Source: Felis catus (lineage: Eukaryota). From it: 64,000 nt of DNA. Location: the NCBI RefSeq assembly GCF_018350175.1, contig NC_058381.1, positions 58,280,001-58,344,000 on the forward strand. The letters run 5' to 3'. Both the position numbers and the translations under genes were made by a program. This document shows, piece by piece, positions 11,959-25,440 of this stretch (position 1 is its first letter; every line of letters begins with the position of its first letter). The notes under the pieces were generated by a model, which was not told the origin of the DNA, did no database searches, and saw nothing but the letters and a program-made list of their open reading frames with translations.

Positions 11959-12732
11959 AAGGTATTTGCTGAGGACTCTGCATTCATTCAAAAAGGGCTT
12001 GAGTTTTCACTGTGTGTTCAGCCTAAACAATGCCTGTCGAACGGTGCTGCCGACCCTCCAGCTGTGCGCTGGGGCCACAGAGATGGGGACACTGTGCCTC
12101 CCCGGCACATGACAGGGATGGGAGGACCCAGGGGCGGCAGCAGTCACAGATGCCAGCACGCGGTGTGCTAAGGACTAATCCGGGAGACCAGGCGCTCCTA
12201 GCTCTCAGTGGAAGGATGCCCCAAATCAGTCCCTGGGAGAGTAGGGGGGCGGTCCACAAAAGCGGAGTGACTTCTGGGAAAAATCCTAGTGGCGATCCCT
12301 GGTGTTAAGGAGGAGATCTGGGCAAGGTCCGATACCACCCTGGGCTACAATCCTGAAGGACGCAGACACTGGCCATCAGGGTGAGGAGGTGCTGTCCGGG
12401 AGAGGAGGGGCACCTTCAGACAGCGGACCGGGCGAGAGGCCCTTGGAGGCCTGGCTCTTCCTGCCACGTGCACAGGGGCACAGGGGCATCTCTGTGCCCA
12501 CACAGCACTGTCTCATCCTTCCCGGGATGTGGCCCCCAGCCGAACTCCCCTCCCCCAAACAAATCCTCAGTCCAGACACTCCACTCTTTTTCCAAGCTAA
12601 TTTTATATCCAAAGTCACCCCGGTTGCTGGAGTGTATATACTTTTCCCAGCCAGGAAACTTACCTGAAAAGAAGTCTGCATGGAAGAGGGACCCATTAAA
12701 TGCAAGTTCAGAGATAAAAAGACGGGAAGGTT

Positions 12733-12925
12733 GGGGCGCTTGGGTGGCTCAGTTGGTTGATTTTGGCTCAGGTCATGACCTCACGGTTTGTGGGATCGAG
12801 CCCCACGTCAGGCTTCGTGTTGACAGCATGGAGCCTGCTTGGGATTCTCTCCCTCCCCCTCTCTGCCCCTCCCCTGCTCATGTTCTCTCTCTCAAAATAA
12901 ACAAACAAATAAACAAACAAACAAA
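12733..12925 (+). mobile_element. CAN-SINE
   Basis: Head and tail; TSD aaagacgggaaggt / aaagacaggaaggt. Confidence 0.9.
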
Positions 12926-13709
12926 GACAGGAAGGTCCAAGCAGGCAACAGGCTCACGGAGCCGTCAGAGTCTCGTGAGGTCTGCCATGTTAACTAAAGG
13001 GATACATACTAATGCACAACAGTCAATCGGGTAATTTTTAAAAGCACCTTATCAGTTTGCAAAGAAACACAGATACTGTCCCAGAAATACAGAATCTCTT
13101 TTGGCATACAAACAGCCACGGAGCAGAGCAGGGGGCCCTCCTACCCTCACCACCCGTCATCGTCATTTCGCGACGAGGCAAGCTCGGGACACAGGAAGGG
13201 TGTCAGGAGCTTCGCTGACCCCGGCCTGCCAAGAGCGGGCCCAGTGGGGCTCTTCCCGCGGCTGGTCTGCTCTCCGTGCTCCCTCCTCCTGTGGGACGCA
13301 CGCTCTGCCCACGGCAACCAGATAGCAACACGCGGCGTGGGGTCCGGCGTGATTCCCCGGAACCCTGGCGTGGCCTGAATGAGAGCACCTCTACTGGAAC
13401 AAGTCTAAGAGCCACAAAGGTGGGCCAGTAAGAGAGTCTCCCTGAAGGTTAAATTCCAGTCTTCGTGTTTGTTTTTATCAAAGTAAACTGCTTATGAAAC
13501 GAAGCATGAAAACTAAATGATCACCCAGAGCACTTTTAACCAAGAAAGGATCACCTCATTGAAGGCAAAACACACCAAACTTACTCTCTTCTTGTTTTCA
13601 ATTTTTTAAATAGTTTACTTTAATTTCTTTATTTTTCTTTCTTTCCTTCTTCCCTTCCTCCCACCTTCCTTCCTTTCTCTCTCTCTCTCTCTTTCTTTCT
13701 CTTTCTTTT

Positions 13710-13932
13710 ATTTTTTTTTAATTTTTTTTCAACGTTTATTTACTTTTGGGACAGAGAGAGACAGAGCATGAATGGGGGAGGGGCAGAGAGAGAGGGAGAC
13801 ACAGAATCGGAGACAGGCTCCAGGCTCTGAGCCATCAGCCCAGAGCCCGACGCGGGGCTCGAACTCCCGGACCGCGAGATCGTGACCTGGCTGAAGTCGG
13901 ACGCTTCACCGACTGCGCCACCCAGGCGCCCC
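13710..13932 (-). mobile_element. Young feline CAN-SINE
   Basis: Near-identical to the copies at 15889, 29167 and 30952; CpGs retained. Confidence 0.93.
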
Positions 13933-13944
13933 TCTTTCTCTTTC

Positions 13945-14175
13945 TTTTAAAGTATGCCCCATGCCTGGTACGGAGCCCAGTGTGGGACTTGAACTCACGA
14001 CCCTGAGATCAAGACCTGAGCTGAAATCAAGAGTCAGACACTTACCCGAATGAGCCATCCCGGCACCCCTTAAGATTTTATTTTTAAATAATCTCTACAC
14101 CCAACATGGGGTTTGAACTCACAACCCTGAGATCTGGAGTCACATGCTCCATCGACTGAGCCAGCCAGAGGCCCC
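13945..14175 (-). mobile_element. Two tandem older CAN-SINE fragments
   Basis: Two tRNA-like heads ending at ~14069 and ~14175. Confidence 0.8.
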
Positions 14176-15888
14176 TCTTCTTGTTTCTAAATTAGAGAAG
14201 AAATACAGGATTACTGTGTTCCCGGTAGAGGCCCAGGGGACAGGATATAAAACACAAAACATACAAGTCCCTTCTTACGGCCTGCGTAACAAAGGTTAAA
14301 CGGTATGTGCTTTTCTACAGGTTACTTTTTTCATTTAATAGGTCCTGGACATTTCCCTGTGTTGGAGCGTATGGATCTCAACTTTTGGAAACCGGTACAC
14401 CGCACGGCAAAGTGTGTGCCGCACTCCCGCTTCCGACTGATGACCTTGAAGTTGCTGCCACGGGCTGAGCTAGATCAGCGTCTCCACCAGGCTTTCCGTG
14501 CTTGCGCAAGGGTGTCTGGGGAAGACAGTGGGGAGGGCTGAACTACAGAGCGCTGGTGTGGGCACTGAACTCTGTGTCTTGAATCCCTGTAGACTTGCAG
14601 AGAAGTGGCAACGACATGGAGTCCCTGAGTCCCCATCTCCCCGCCCCCCTCCCCCCGCTTCCCCCACTTCCCCCAGCGCCACCTTCTTTCTCCACCTTAC
14701 GTAACCCCAGTAGTTACTACAACCAGGAAGTTAACGCTGGCTGGGCGCGGACAGGCGGCCACGCTCCCAGGGACGCCTCCAGCTCTCTCGCCACTGTCCT
14801 TTCTCCTGGATCTAATCCAGGGGTCCCCCTGCCTGTGGTCGTCCTGTGTCCTCAGTCCCCGGTCTGTGACAGCTCCCTGGTCCTTGTGTCTCGTGGACTT
14901 GAGCCCTGGCAGAGGACCGGCCCCTGAATTTGTAGAAGGTTCCCCGGTTTGGATTTGTTGGAGGTTTTCTGATTTCCCTGAGGTCGGGCACTTTGGCCAA
15001 AACGACACAAGAGGCAAGGTCGTGTTCTCAGCGCGTCATGTCGGAGGCCCGTGACCTGGCTGAGTCCGTTTACTAGTGACGCCAACCTTGAACGTGTGGT
15101 AAAGGTGAGCAGCGGGTTTCTGTAAAGTGATGTCCCTGTGTAACTGGTGAGTGCGCGTGGGAGACGCTCCAGAGGGGGCGGCCACCCAGCAGTCCGCCGT
15201 CCTCCCCTGCCCGTTCACCTTGGTGCCATCGGCCGGCTGCTTCACGGTGGCTCCTGTGGCTTGCAACCCGTCCCCAGCACTTTTTGAGCACTTCTAGACT
15301 TTCTGCCATCAGAAGATTTTCGAGGCGGGTTCACTGTGTACTTTTCCCTGCCCCAGCCCCGCGATCGACCATTTCGCCAACGATCCCCGGCTTTTAGTGG
15401 CCTGTGGTGCTGATGGGAAACCAAGGTGTGGGCAGTACAACCACGGGCCGTGGTACCAAAGTGCCCCCTCAAATTCCACGCCACACACTACGAGGATGTC
15501 CGCATCCCCCGACTCCACCAACGCTCTTTTGCACTTTGGTAATCTGACGGCTATTATAATTTGTATTCCCCCGTTTACTAGGAATAGGCGACACTTATCA
15601 TTACTGGCTATCTATGCTTCTCCCGTGAACTGTTCCTACCTTTGGTCCTCTTTTCTGTTCGTCTTTTTATTAATTTGCAGGTACTCTTAGTATGTTTTGG
15701 ATAGTAATCCTTTGCTTGTAAGCGTTGCAAATATTTTTTCCAACTGCACTGTCTTAACTTCTATGAGACATCTTAACTTTTTAACTTATGTCACACAAAA
15801 CATAAACAATAGAAATTTATATGTTAAGTCCATTCATATGAAGTCTGTAAATTATTTTTTCTTTTATGATCTGGGTTTTTGTGATCTT

Positions 15889-16102
15889 TTTTTTTTCAAC
15901 GTTTTTTATTTATTTTTGGGACAGAGAGAGACAGAGCATGAACGGGGGAGGGGCAGAGAGAGAGGGAGACACAGAATCGGAAACAGGCTCCAGGCTCTGA
16001 GCCATCAGCCCAGAGCCCGACGCGGGGCTCGAACTCACGGACCGCGAGATCGTGACCTGGCTGAAGTCGGACGCTTAACCGACTGCGCCACCCAGGCGCC
16101 CC
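15889..16102 (-). mobile_element. Young feline CAN-SINE with a perfect 17-bp TSD
   Basis: TSD tgggtttttgtgatctt at 15872-15888 and 16103-16119. Confidence 0.95.
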
Positions 16103-16329
16103 TGGGTTTTTGTGATCTTATTAGGAAACGGTGTTCCTTCCCAATGAAGTTGTAAAAATATTCACTTTAAAATTTACACATACACATGTATGTGTATATA
16201 TAATATGTATTATATATATTTACATATTTTCGTCATTCTATACGTAAAAGAAAAACCTTCAAGTCAATTACCAAAGTATATACAATACATATGTACACAT
16301 ACACAAACATGTATATAAAGTATATATAC

Positions 16330-16513
16330 TTTTTTTAATGTTTGTTTATTTATTTGGGGGGGAGAGGGGAGAGGGAGAGGGGCAGACAGAGAGGGAGACA
16401 GAGGATCCGCACTGACAGCAGAGAGCCTGATGTGGGGCTCGAACTCACGAACCGTGAGAGCATGACCTGAGCTGAAGTTGGACGCTTAACCGACTGAGCC
16501 ACCCAGGCGCCCC
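16330..16513 (-). mobile_element. CAN-SINE
   Basis: Head and T-rich tail. Confidence 0.9.
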
Positions 16514-16958
16514 TAAAGTATACATGCTTTGATCTATACTCCATCTGGAGGTTTTTTGGTTCCTTTAAGTACAGAGTGACAAAGGAAATCTGAAATTTTA
16601 AGCTTTTTTCTGACTGCATAGTCAAGTGCCATCACCATTTGTCAAGAAGCACATCCTTTTCCCGCTGATGGGAGACGTCACCACGGTCAGGACAGGCAGC
16701 GACTAAAAGCACAGGCCCAGGAGACAAGTGCCCACAGGGCGGTCCTGGACGTCCCACCTTCTAGGCTCTGTGTGTGGCAGCTGCGTCCTCTTTCCATGCC
16801 TCTTAGTTTGCTCCTCGAGGAGATGGAGAAAATCCTCCCACTTCACAAGGTGATCGTGAAAGCGCCTGGAACAGTGCATCCGTCCAGGAAGCCCTGAATA
16901 CGTGACAGCGACTGTCGTCACAAACCAAATTTGTACGACAAGCATTGGTCTGTGTAGC

Positions 16959-17230
16959 CAGTGTTATCGACAACAATAGTAAAACGTGAGGCATACACGT
17001 CGTTTTAAATCTTCTGGCAGCTACGTCAAAAAACTAAAAGAACGGGTAAAATGATCCTTAATAATAACTTTTTAACCCGACATCATCTGTGACGCTTCAG
17101 CATACAACCAATTTAATGAATAATTAATAGGACATTCTGCATGATTTTCTCTGTACTAAGGTTTCAAAGTGCAGTGCACGTTCTATACCAGGGCACACTT
17201 CACGTTTCCAACCACGGCTGGTCAGCGCTG
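16959..17230 (+). mobile_element. MER33-like hAT-Charlie DNA transposon remnant
   Basis: Colinear similarity to the recalled MER33 consensus (ttttaaatcttctggcagctac...tactaaggtttcaaagt...cagcgctg). Confidence 0.65.
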
Positions 17231-17299
17231 GGGCCGGGGCAGGGGTGGCCCGGACCTCTGATGCGGTAGGATCACACACGTGTGCCTGTGCACACGTGT

Positions 17300-18480
17300 G
17301 TGTGCAGGAAAAGTGCCCAAATGACGGAACACCCATTCACGACTGCAAAAAAGTCTCTTGGAAAACTAGAGGCAAAGGAATGTTCTTGTCACAGGATGAA
17401 GGGTACGTACAATTTATACTGCACGTTATATACTCTGTAGGGAAAAGCCGAAAGCTTCTCCATTAAGACTGAGAAGAAATCTGCCTTTGAACCCAGCTAG
17501 AGGATTTTCCAGCCCAATCTTTCTCAACCAGGGAGCCCGGGAGAATCCTAATGCCCTAGCTAGTTACACAGGGCAAGAGAAGACATAAGGAATGGAAAGA
17601 GATTAGGAAAAAAAAAAAAAAAAAAGAAAGAAAGAAAGAAAACAAACCATCATTATATCACAGTTGGTTTGACCACACAGAAAAGGTAAAAAACCTTAAA
17701 GATGAACTCCTACAATCACTGACGGGGTTGAACAAGGCTGCTGGTCACAACAATATCGCTACACAAAGCACAAATGCATTTCAGTAGATTAGCGCCCCAC
17801 AGGAAGCAGACACTATGGAACAGCAGACAGAACTGATCTGTCAACAGTGTGCAAGAGTTTTACCAAAAGAAACCCTAACACGTACTTGGAAGACTTTAAA
17901 GAGGCCATGATAAACGAAGGGAGAAGCTGTATTCGTGACTCCTACACGAGAGACGTCAGTTTCTTTCCAGAAGCTCTCCGGATTTGCCGCTGCTGCAAAC
18001 TACAACGCCTGCAGGTTTCACCGGTTTGTTTCAGGGATTAGAAGGCAGTGCGGTCCCGAGTGGGAAGAACGGGAAGAGCCAAGGCAGAGCCCCACACAGA
18101 CGTAAGTGCATGATGGAGGGGCCACACAGATCATGGGGGGGCGCGCTGGGGGGACCCCCAAACTGAGTTTTCTACAAGAGCTGCCTGCCGGGGATGTGCC
18201 CTTCCCACAAATACCAGGAAATGTGAATATGAAAGGTCAGAGCCGCGTCTGTAGCAATAACCCAACACTGGAAACCACCTAAATACCCATCAAGAGTGGA
18301 GGAGATTTGTAAACACTGTGATACATTCAAACAATGAAACATTACACACTGGCAAAAATGAACAAACCGGCTCCCTGAAACACAGTGGGGGAACCTCATG
18401 AACAAAATGCAAGTGAAACAGCCTTCAAAATCACAAGAAAACTTTACTGAACGAATTTTATATCAAACCCCAAAATAAGA
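17300..18480 (+). mobile_element. Degraded ancient L1 (ORF2/3' region)
   Basis: A-rich plus strand; motifs such as caacactggaaaccacctaaatacccatcaagagtgga. Confidence 0.65.
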
Positions 18481-18529
18481 AGGGTTAAGGACACGTCAAG
18501 ACACTCTCTAATGGGCAAACTCAGAACAC

Positions 18530-19060
18530 AAACTTCCCACATAGCCTTTCTTAGGAAACTTCTAGAAAATATGCTTCCGCAGACTTAAGGTAAACCCAAA
18601 ACAGAAAAGACAGGGACCTACTAAGAAAAGGTGCTCCAACCAAGAGGGAAGCCCAGAGCGACTGGTAGCCAAGTCAAAACAGAGGCCACGCCGTAGACAA
18701 AGAGAAACCTCTCTGGATTTGAGCAGGACGGGGGGCACTGTCCAGGCACAGACAAGGGACTGATATGTCCAGGCAGGCAGAAAACATGCGAGAGAAGCTG
18801 AGGGCAGAGGGGGAGTATGTTAGAAAGCAACTGGTGATTTCAAAGAAACCCAGGCAAAGGACAAACTGGAGCAAAGAACAGCTCCGGGAAAAACAGACTT
18901 GTACAAGAAAGGCAGTGTGGTCGGGGAGACCACGTGGCCCAGCAGAGAATACCGTGGTCAACGCCAAGTCCACAGATCGTGTCTGAAACAGGCAGTCGAA
19001 AAGCTGTCGGAGAATTGTGTCTTAAATTGGAAATACCTGGTGTGGCAAATAAACAGCTGA
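18530..19060 (+). mobile_element. HAL1/L1-like remnant
   Basis: ctttcttaggaaacttctagaaaatatgct...gtaaacccaaaacagaaaagacaggga resembles the recalled HAL1 consensus. Confidence 0.45.
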
Positions 19061-19253
19061 TCAAATTTCAGAACGGCTGCACCAGGGCAGGTCTGGGGTG
19101 GGGTGGGGGGGGGACAGGGGGCTGTTCCTTTTCATCAGTTAGTGAGACCATTTTTTTTTCCCTTTCCTCCAAGATGGCAAATGTTTGTTTGCATTTGTTA
19201 AACAGGGGGGCTGAAATCCATGCAGTGCATCTGAATTTAAAAGATCAAACGCA

Positions 19254-19470
19254 GGGGCGCCTGGGTGGCTCAGTCGGTTAAGCGGCCGACTTCGGCTCAG
19301 ATCATGATCTCGCGGTCCTGTGAGTTCGAGCCCCGCGTCGGGCTCTGTGCTGACAGCTCAGAGCCTGGAGCCTGCTTCCGATTCTGTGTCTCCCTCTCTC
19401 TCTGCCCCTCCCCCGTTCATGTTCTGTCTCTCTCTGTCTCAAAAATAAATAAATGTTAAAAAAAAAAATG
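19254..19470 (+). mobile_element. Feline CAN-SINE with a perfect 16-bp TSD
   Basis: TSD taaaagatcaaacgca at 19238-19253 and 19471-19486. Confidence 0.95.
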
Positions 19471-19504
19471 TAAAAGATCAAACGCAGTCAGTGCTGGTTA
19501 CCTT

Positions 19505-19575
19505 GTGGTAACCATTTAGATGAAAACGACAATACCACTAAATCGTGGTAACGATTTAGATGAAAACGACAATAC
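19505..19575. repeat. 31-bp direct duplication with a 9-bp spacer
   Basis: gtggtaac(c/g)atttagatgaaaacgacaatac occurs twice. Confidence 0.95.
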
Positions 19576-19639
19576 TTGAAAATTGCTTTAATCTGAAAAT
19601 GGTATCAACGCTCAGGTTCCTCAAGGGAGAGTGTTTGTT

Positions 19640-20075
19640 TTTTTTTTAATTAAGATATAATTTGCAAACCGTAAAATTTACTTTTTCTAACTGTGCCACT
19701 CAGTGGTTTTAGTGCATCCACAAAAGCACGTGACGGTCACCACTATCTAATTCTAGGACGTTTTTATCGCCCCAAAAAGAAAACTCCATTCCCATTAGCC
19801 GTTACTCACTGCCCGCTGCCCGCACCCCCAGTCCCCGACAACCACCAACCTGTCTGTGCTTATGGGTTCGCCTGAGTCCGGCAGATGGCCTTTTGTGTCG
19901 GGCGTCTACCCCTTAACGTGTTTTCAAGACTCAGCCCTGCTGCAGCACGGATCAGCGCTTCGTTCCTTTACGTGGCTCAATACTATTCCACCGCAGGGCT
20001 GCGCCTTGCCCTGTCCATTCTGCGGGGGAGGAACAGCCAGCTGCCAGAAATAATGCTATTGTGAGCGCTCACGTC
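19640..20075 (-). mobile_element. L1MB-like 3' end
   Basis: Typical caccactatctaattctag...ccccaaaaagaaa...cccattagc signature. Confidence 0.75.
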
Positions 20076-22289
20076 AATTTCCAGGCGGGGAGTGACCTTC
20101 TAAACTACGCAGGTGCATCGCTGTCATAGGAACAAATCTTGCAACATTTTCTAGTTTTCTATCTGAGTCCCACCTGCTCTTCCAAGTCCGCTGCCTCTCC
20201 CACGGTGCTCTCCCGTCGCCCACCGCCCACCATGCCCCGTACGTAGGAAACAAACTCAAAGTGTTGACTCGCATTTACGAGTTTCACTTCTGACCATTTG
20301 ATGGTTCTGTGATCTAAGATTCCCATTCCCAAAGATGAAAAGTGTCTGCCGAGCCAGCTTCACACGCTTTTAATAATCGCGTTAGGTATTCCATCAGCTC
20401 AGTATAAACACTCATCATCCCACTGTAGAATGAATGGACGGTTCACACCGTCCTGGGTCAAAAGGAAAATATTTAAAGATCAAACAAGTTGAACAGCTTT
20501 GCAGGAGGGCATGGAGAAAAAGCTACCCGGGAAGTTCATCCTTTAACTCGATTAAAGTAATGCATCACAAGCACCGATCGTTCGTGATAAACTCAACGGC
20601 TATTTCCAGAAGGGATCCTTCTGGTACTTCTACTACTTGGAGGAATACAAAATTAGTATGAGAAGCAGGGAAGATCAAATTCATTCGCTGGGTGTTCTGG
20701 GCTTCGAGAAAATGCCCGGCCCTCACCGGGTACGAAAACGATGAACATCGTGGCGTGCAATTCAAGCGGTTCTCTGAAAACTCAAAGCCTCAGCACAGGT
20801 GGGGGCGGGGGACGCGCGTTTCTGCCCCGGACATCCACTCCGCTGCACAAGCGCCGCTGCGCACCTCCTTCCTGTCTCCTCTGCTCCCTTTCGGCCTTTC
20901 TAATTATACGTCACCCCTTTCTCTGTAAAACCACAAGACGAATGAATGTTACAAAATCTGTGCACTCCACCCATCCTTTTACTCAGCTGACAGACAACAA
21001 ACCAAACCAGTGGGGACGAAGCCGTCACACCACAGAGGAGCTGGGGAGGAAGGCGGGCCGTGCCCGCTTTTTGTCGTGAGGCAGGGCAACGAGGGCACGG
21101 GTGGCACCCCAGAAGTCGGCCGGACTAAGCTTTTTTTCTTGGCATCTGTTACTGGTTTTTAAACAAACCGAGCAGAAACCACTGTGGTAACATCTCCTCC
21201 CCTTGTTCCAGAAGGCAGTGGTTTCAGTAAGATCCGAACAAGAAAACTCTACTTTTGAAAGGGCGTCCCTTCAAGATTTTCTTCAAGCTCTTACTTGAAC
21301 TACTGTTTAGACGTTTATTCCCTAAAAAAAAAAAAAAAAAAAAATCCCTTCCAGCCTCAAAAATATTCCTACCAGGTTTAGAGGCCGGTCTCGGTTTGCA
21401 GAAGCAGCCCTGACCCGGGGAAACCCTTACCAATGCTGCCCGAAGCATTTCTCGGCCTGCTTCCTCTGGGTCTGAAAAGGGACAGCCAATCAAGTGCCGG
21501 CACAGCTCACATGCCCAGAAAAGGGAGAGCCTGACAGGTGCACACAGTGGCATCTGTCACAGGAAGCCGGGGCGGCACTGTGGGCGGCAGGGCCGGGGGG
21601 CTCCTCTAACGCGGCAGGCGGTAGAGACGGAGGCAGGCAGACTGCTCGGGGACGTGTTTTGGAGGCAGGATGAACCGGAAAACGAAAGGAGGGAGTCCGG
21701 GTTGATGTCCCGACATCTGACCTGCACGTCTATGTGGACAGACCTGCTATTTCCTAGGACGGGGAGAGCTGTGTCACCCTGAGTTCACGGGAGACCCCCT
21801 TCAGACACCCCAGAGGGATGGTAAATGAGGCAGTAAGCCGACCGAGCCTGAAGCCTGGAGGGAGGGACGGCCAGAGACAGCCCACTGTAGTGACTGGGGT
21901 AGTCATGTCCCAGCAACAGCCAGGCACTAAACTGGCGTTCCCAGCAAAGAGCAGGGCTGGGTTCCTGCGAGCCCCCTGATCACATTTTCTCAGCCGTCAA
22001 TATCCAGGCTCACCTCAGGTGTGTTTCCGTTTAAGGGCATCTCGTTTAGTCTACGTTGTTGCTTCGCCGACACTGAACTCAGGCCTGGAGGAAGCTCATC
22101 TGCCACATCTCGGTGGGGCACATCAGAGCCTCCCTGCACTCGGGGACACGGACAGCACCTCAGCACCGCGCTCGGGGCTGCCTGAAACGGCGAAATCACC
22201 AACACAAGGGGGAAGACACAGCACTAAACGGGCCGCAAAAAGGACCCTGTTTACGGCAGGGGGAGCGACAACTGGGGGGCAGGGCGGTG

Positions 22290-22458
22290 CCGTGTCCCCC
22301 CCCCCCCGAACCCTCAGGGGGCGCCAGGCAGTTTCCACTTGCCCGCACGTGTTCCCAAGCAGGAAAGCACTGCTCTGGGGACTGATCTGGGGTCACAAAT
22401 AAACGTTAGAAGGCAGATTCACGAATACGGAACCCACGAGTAATGAGGAGGGGCTGTA
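22290..22458. mobile_element. TcMar-Tigger-like DNA transposon end
   Basis: Ends in ...cacaaataaa...attcacgaatacggaacccacgagtaatgagg...ctgta. Confidence 0.45.
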
Positions 22459-23079
22459 TGAACGTAGGAGACTTCGAAGGAAGGCAGCACGTGACGCTGC
22501 GGGTTAGGTCAGACCGGAATTCCCAAGTTCAGAAGATCCGATCAGCAGGGAAGAAACCGTGAGAAACGTGACCTGCTTTACACGTTCGCCACCTTTTCCC
22601 AGACGCTCCGCGTCAGGCGACTCCTCCGCCCCTTCCCCCCGCGACAAAGCTGGTGGTGTGGTCTCCACTCGCTGACTCCTTTCTCTACTCCCCGTAGTTC
22701 AGAGCGTGCAAGGAAAAGAAAGAAATTTTACCTAGTGCTCCCTCTGTCTGTAAAGGAAAGAACTTTACCAGATGCGTTTCGCAGTGAGTTTCACAGAAGT
22801 CACCTTTTAAGAGGATCTAATTGAAGTAAAGTCTCTATCATCAATCACCGGGTTTCAGAGCCACGGGGATCAGTGCTGCTGCCCCCGGGAACTTTGCAGG
22901 CACGTAAGTTAATTTGTAACTCTGACCACGGAAATGCGAATAGTGCCACAAACCTCCCCTCACCAAGTGCTCGTACAGATGAACTTTTATCCTGAAAGTG
23001 TAAAATGCCTCATTAAATTCAAAGCTACAGGTAGTACTGTAAAACAACTTGTTTGTTTAGTACAAGACAGTCCTGCCCA

Positions 23080-23303
23080 GGGGCACCTGGGGGGCTCAGT
23101 CAGTTAAGCATCCAACTTCGGCTCAAGTCACGATCTCACGGTGCGTGAGGTCGAGCCCCGCGTCGGGCTCTGTGCTGACGGCTCGGAGCCTGGAGCCTGC
23201 TTCGGATTCTGTGTCTCCCTCGCTCTCTGCACCCTCCCCACTCATGCTCTGCCTCTGTCGCAAAAACAAATAAAAATTTTAAAAAAAGAAAAGAAAAAGG
23301 AAA
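23080..23303 (+). mobile_element. CAN-SINE
   Basis: Head and tail; TSD aagacagtcctgccc / aagacagtcccgccc. Confidence 0.92.
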
Positions 23304-23971
23304 AAGACAGTCCCGCCCCAAAGTCATCTATAATCTCGGCTGGGAAACAGTGACATCAAGAAAAAAAAAAAGGGTGCACTCAGGGGTACCAACCCCTCCC
23401 CCACTCCCCCCCCCCCACCAAAGACTGACCCCTCCATCCCCAAAGGCCTTAGGCGCGTGCTGGAGTGAGCGAGGGGAGTACAGGGTGAGCACCCAGGAGC
23501 GTGAGGACACTGAGGCCAGGCTTCTCATGCCCCCCGCCCCCCCGCAAGGCTGACAGACAGTAAACCCAGGACCACACGGCTGCTGGCACTGGTCGCCAGC
23601 CACACGGGGCTCCCGCGAGGTCCCGGGGAGTCTTGCAGGAGACCCCAAGCATTTAATTAAGTAGCACTAACAATGACGATGGAAAACAGCACGTAACAAG
23701 GCACTAAGCAGACTCAATCGGCAAAGACTATGCAACTATGCAAAGACCAATGTCCCCAGCTTTCTGTTACTTTTGACCCCTGCCACCTAACTCGCGTGGG
23801 GACGTACACTACGGATTCTTCAGAGTAACCTTCAATCAATACCTTGATTCCAAAGTAGATCATCTACCTGGGAGTTCAAACACCCAGAACCCCCAAACAA
23901 CAGAACTGTTCTCAAAAGATTCTATAGAAAAATCCCTTAAAAACAAACAAACCAACAAACAAAATGCTAAC

Positions 23972-24248
23972 AGGGTCACCTGGCTGGGCGCGTCGAGCAT
24001 GCGACTCTTGATCCCAGGGTCGTGAGTTCAAGCCCCACACTGGAGGTGGGAGCTACTTAAAAATGAATTAAAAAACTGGGGCGCCTGGGTGGCTCAGCCA
24101 GTGAAGTCTGACTCTTGGTCTCGGCTCAGGTCACGCTCTCCCGGTTGGGCTCTGTGCGGACGGCGTGGAGCCTGCTTGGGATTCTCTCTCCCTCTCCCCC
24201 CCCCCTCAAAACAATAAACATTCCAAAAATAAATAAGTAAATAAACAA
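23972..24248 (+). mobile_element. Old short CAN-SINE followed by a second CAN-SINE starting at 24078
   Basis: Two tRNA-like heads in tandem. Confidence 0.8.
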
Positions 24249-24849
24249 ACACCCCCCCCCATCGTTAAAGAAGATTTACCCCGGGGTGGTGGTGTAGCCC
24301 AGTAGGGGGCAAACGCCTTAGTAACAGGAGAGGGCGCCTCTCCCGCTAGGCCCACGGAGCGCGGCAGACTCTCCCATGCGGGCTGAGTCATAAACGTCAT
24401 GCACGAGAGCATGACCCGCAGAGAAGCTCCCCCAGACACACAGAGGAGCTCTGGAAAGGGGAGAGCGCCGGAGAAGCAGACAATGCTGACGGAACCTTCC
24501 AAAGGGCCCCTTCTCCCCCCAACCCTGCACGGGGCCCAGCCACAACGATTTATACTTGTAATTTTGTGCGAGGCTTTCTCCCCAATGTTAAGGAAGTTCA
24601 AAACTGTGATGTTTTTACTGCAAGAACAAGGAAAAAAAAATGTTTTCATTTACTCTGTGACTTTTTTTGGGGGGGGGGATAAATGCTGATTTTCTTATTT
24701 GATGCAAAATATATTAAAACGTTCTGTAACAGACTGGCACGTTACGCTTACAACCAGTAAAAGCTTCTCTAACACTTATCTCGGGACTGTTGCGCACCAT
24801 TTGCACACACCAGTCCTTGTTACCTCTATTACATTCTACATAAAACATC

Positions 24850-25440
24850 TTCGAGGGAAAAGAAAAACCCTGCCGTATAACCCAGCCGTTCCACCGGTAC
24901 TAACCCAAGACGCCCACACAATGACTTGCACACACACACTCACAGCAGCTTAACTCACGGTGGCCCCAAACTGGAAATAATCCCCATCTTCGTGACAGGT
25001 GAATGGATGAATAAAATGTGGTCCGTGCAGATAGTAGAAATAAAATAGCTCAGCAGTAAAGAGGGAAGACTGACACTCCCAACAATGATCTCATGCACTT
25101 CACGCTGAGCGAGAGCCAGGCGCAAGAGAATACATTGTATGATCCCATTAATATAAAATTCTGGGGAACGCAGACTAATCTGTAGTGACAAAAGGCAGAT
25201 CCGTGGGAGGGAGGGCTGGGCTGCAAACAGACAAGGGAGGATCTTCTCAGGGCAATGAAGTGTTCCGGGATCTTCACCTCTTCACTGCAACTGCGCCTTC
25301 ACTGGGGCAAAAATCTGTCAGATACATCTCATCAAACCGCACACTTCAAATGGATACAGTTTAAATAAAACAAAATCATGAATGGATACAGTTTACCATA
25401 GGTAAGTATGCGTTAAATTAAAAAAAAAAAAAAAAAAACT
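24850..25440 (+). mobile_element. L1M 3' end remnant
   Basis: ccccaaactggaaa...ggtgaatggatgaataaaatgtggt...gagagccag...aagagaatacattgtatgat. Confidence 0.8.

Noticed and set aside
13746-14006. Recurring peptides such as GQRETEHERGRGRERGRHRIG and FEPRVGLCADSSEPGACF in many ORFs
   Set aside because: They are translations of CAN-SINE copies, not a gene family.
19505-19575. Repeat-spacer-repeat pattern reminiscent of CRISPR
   Set aside because: Only two units, a 9-bp spacer, mammalian DNA and no cas genes.
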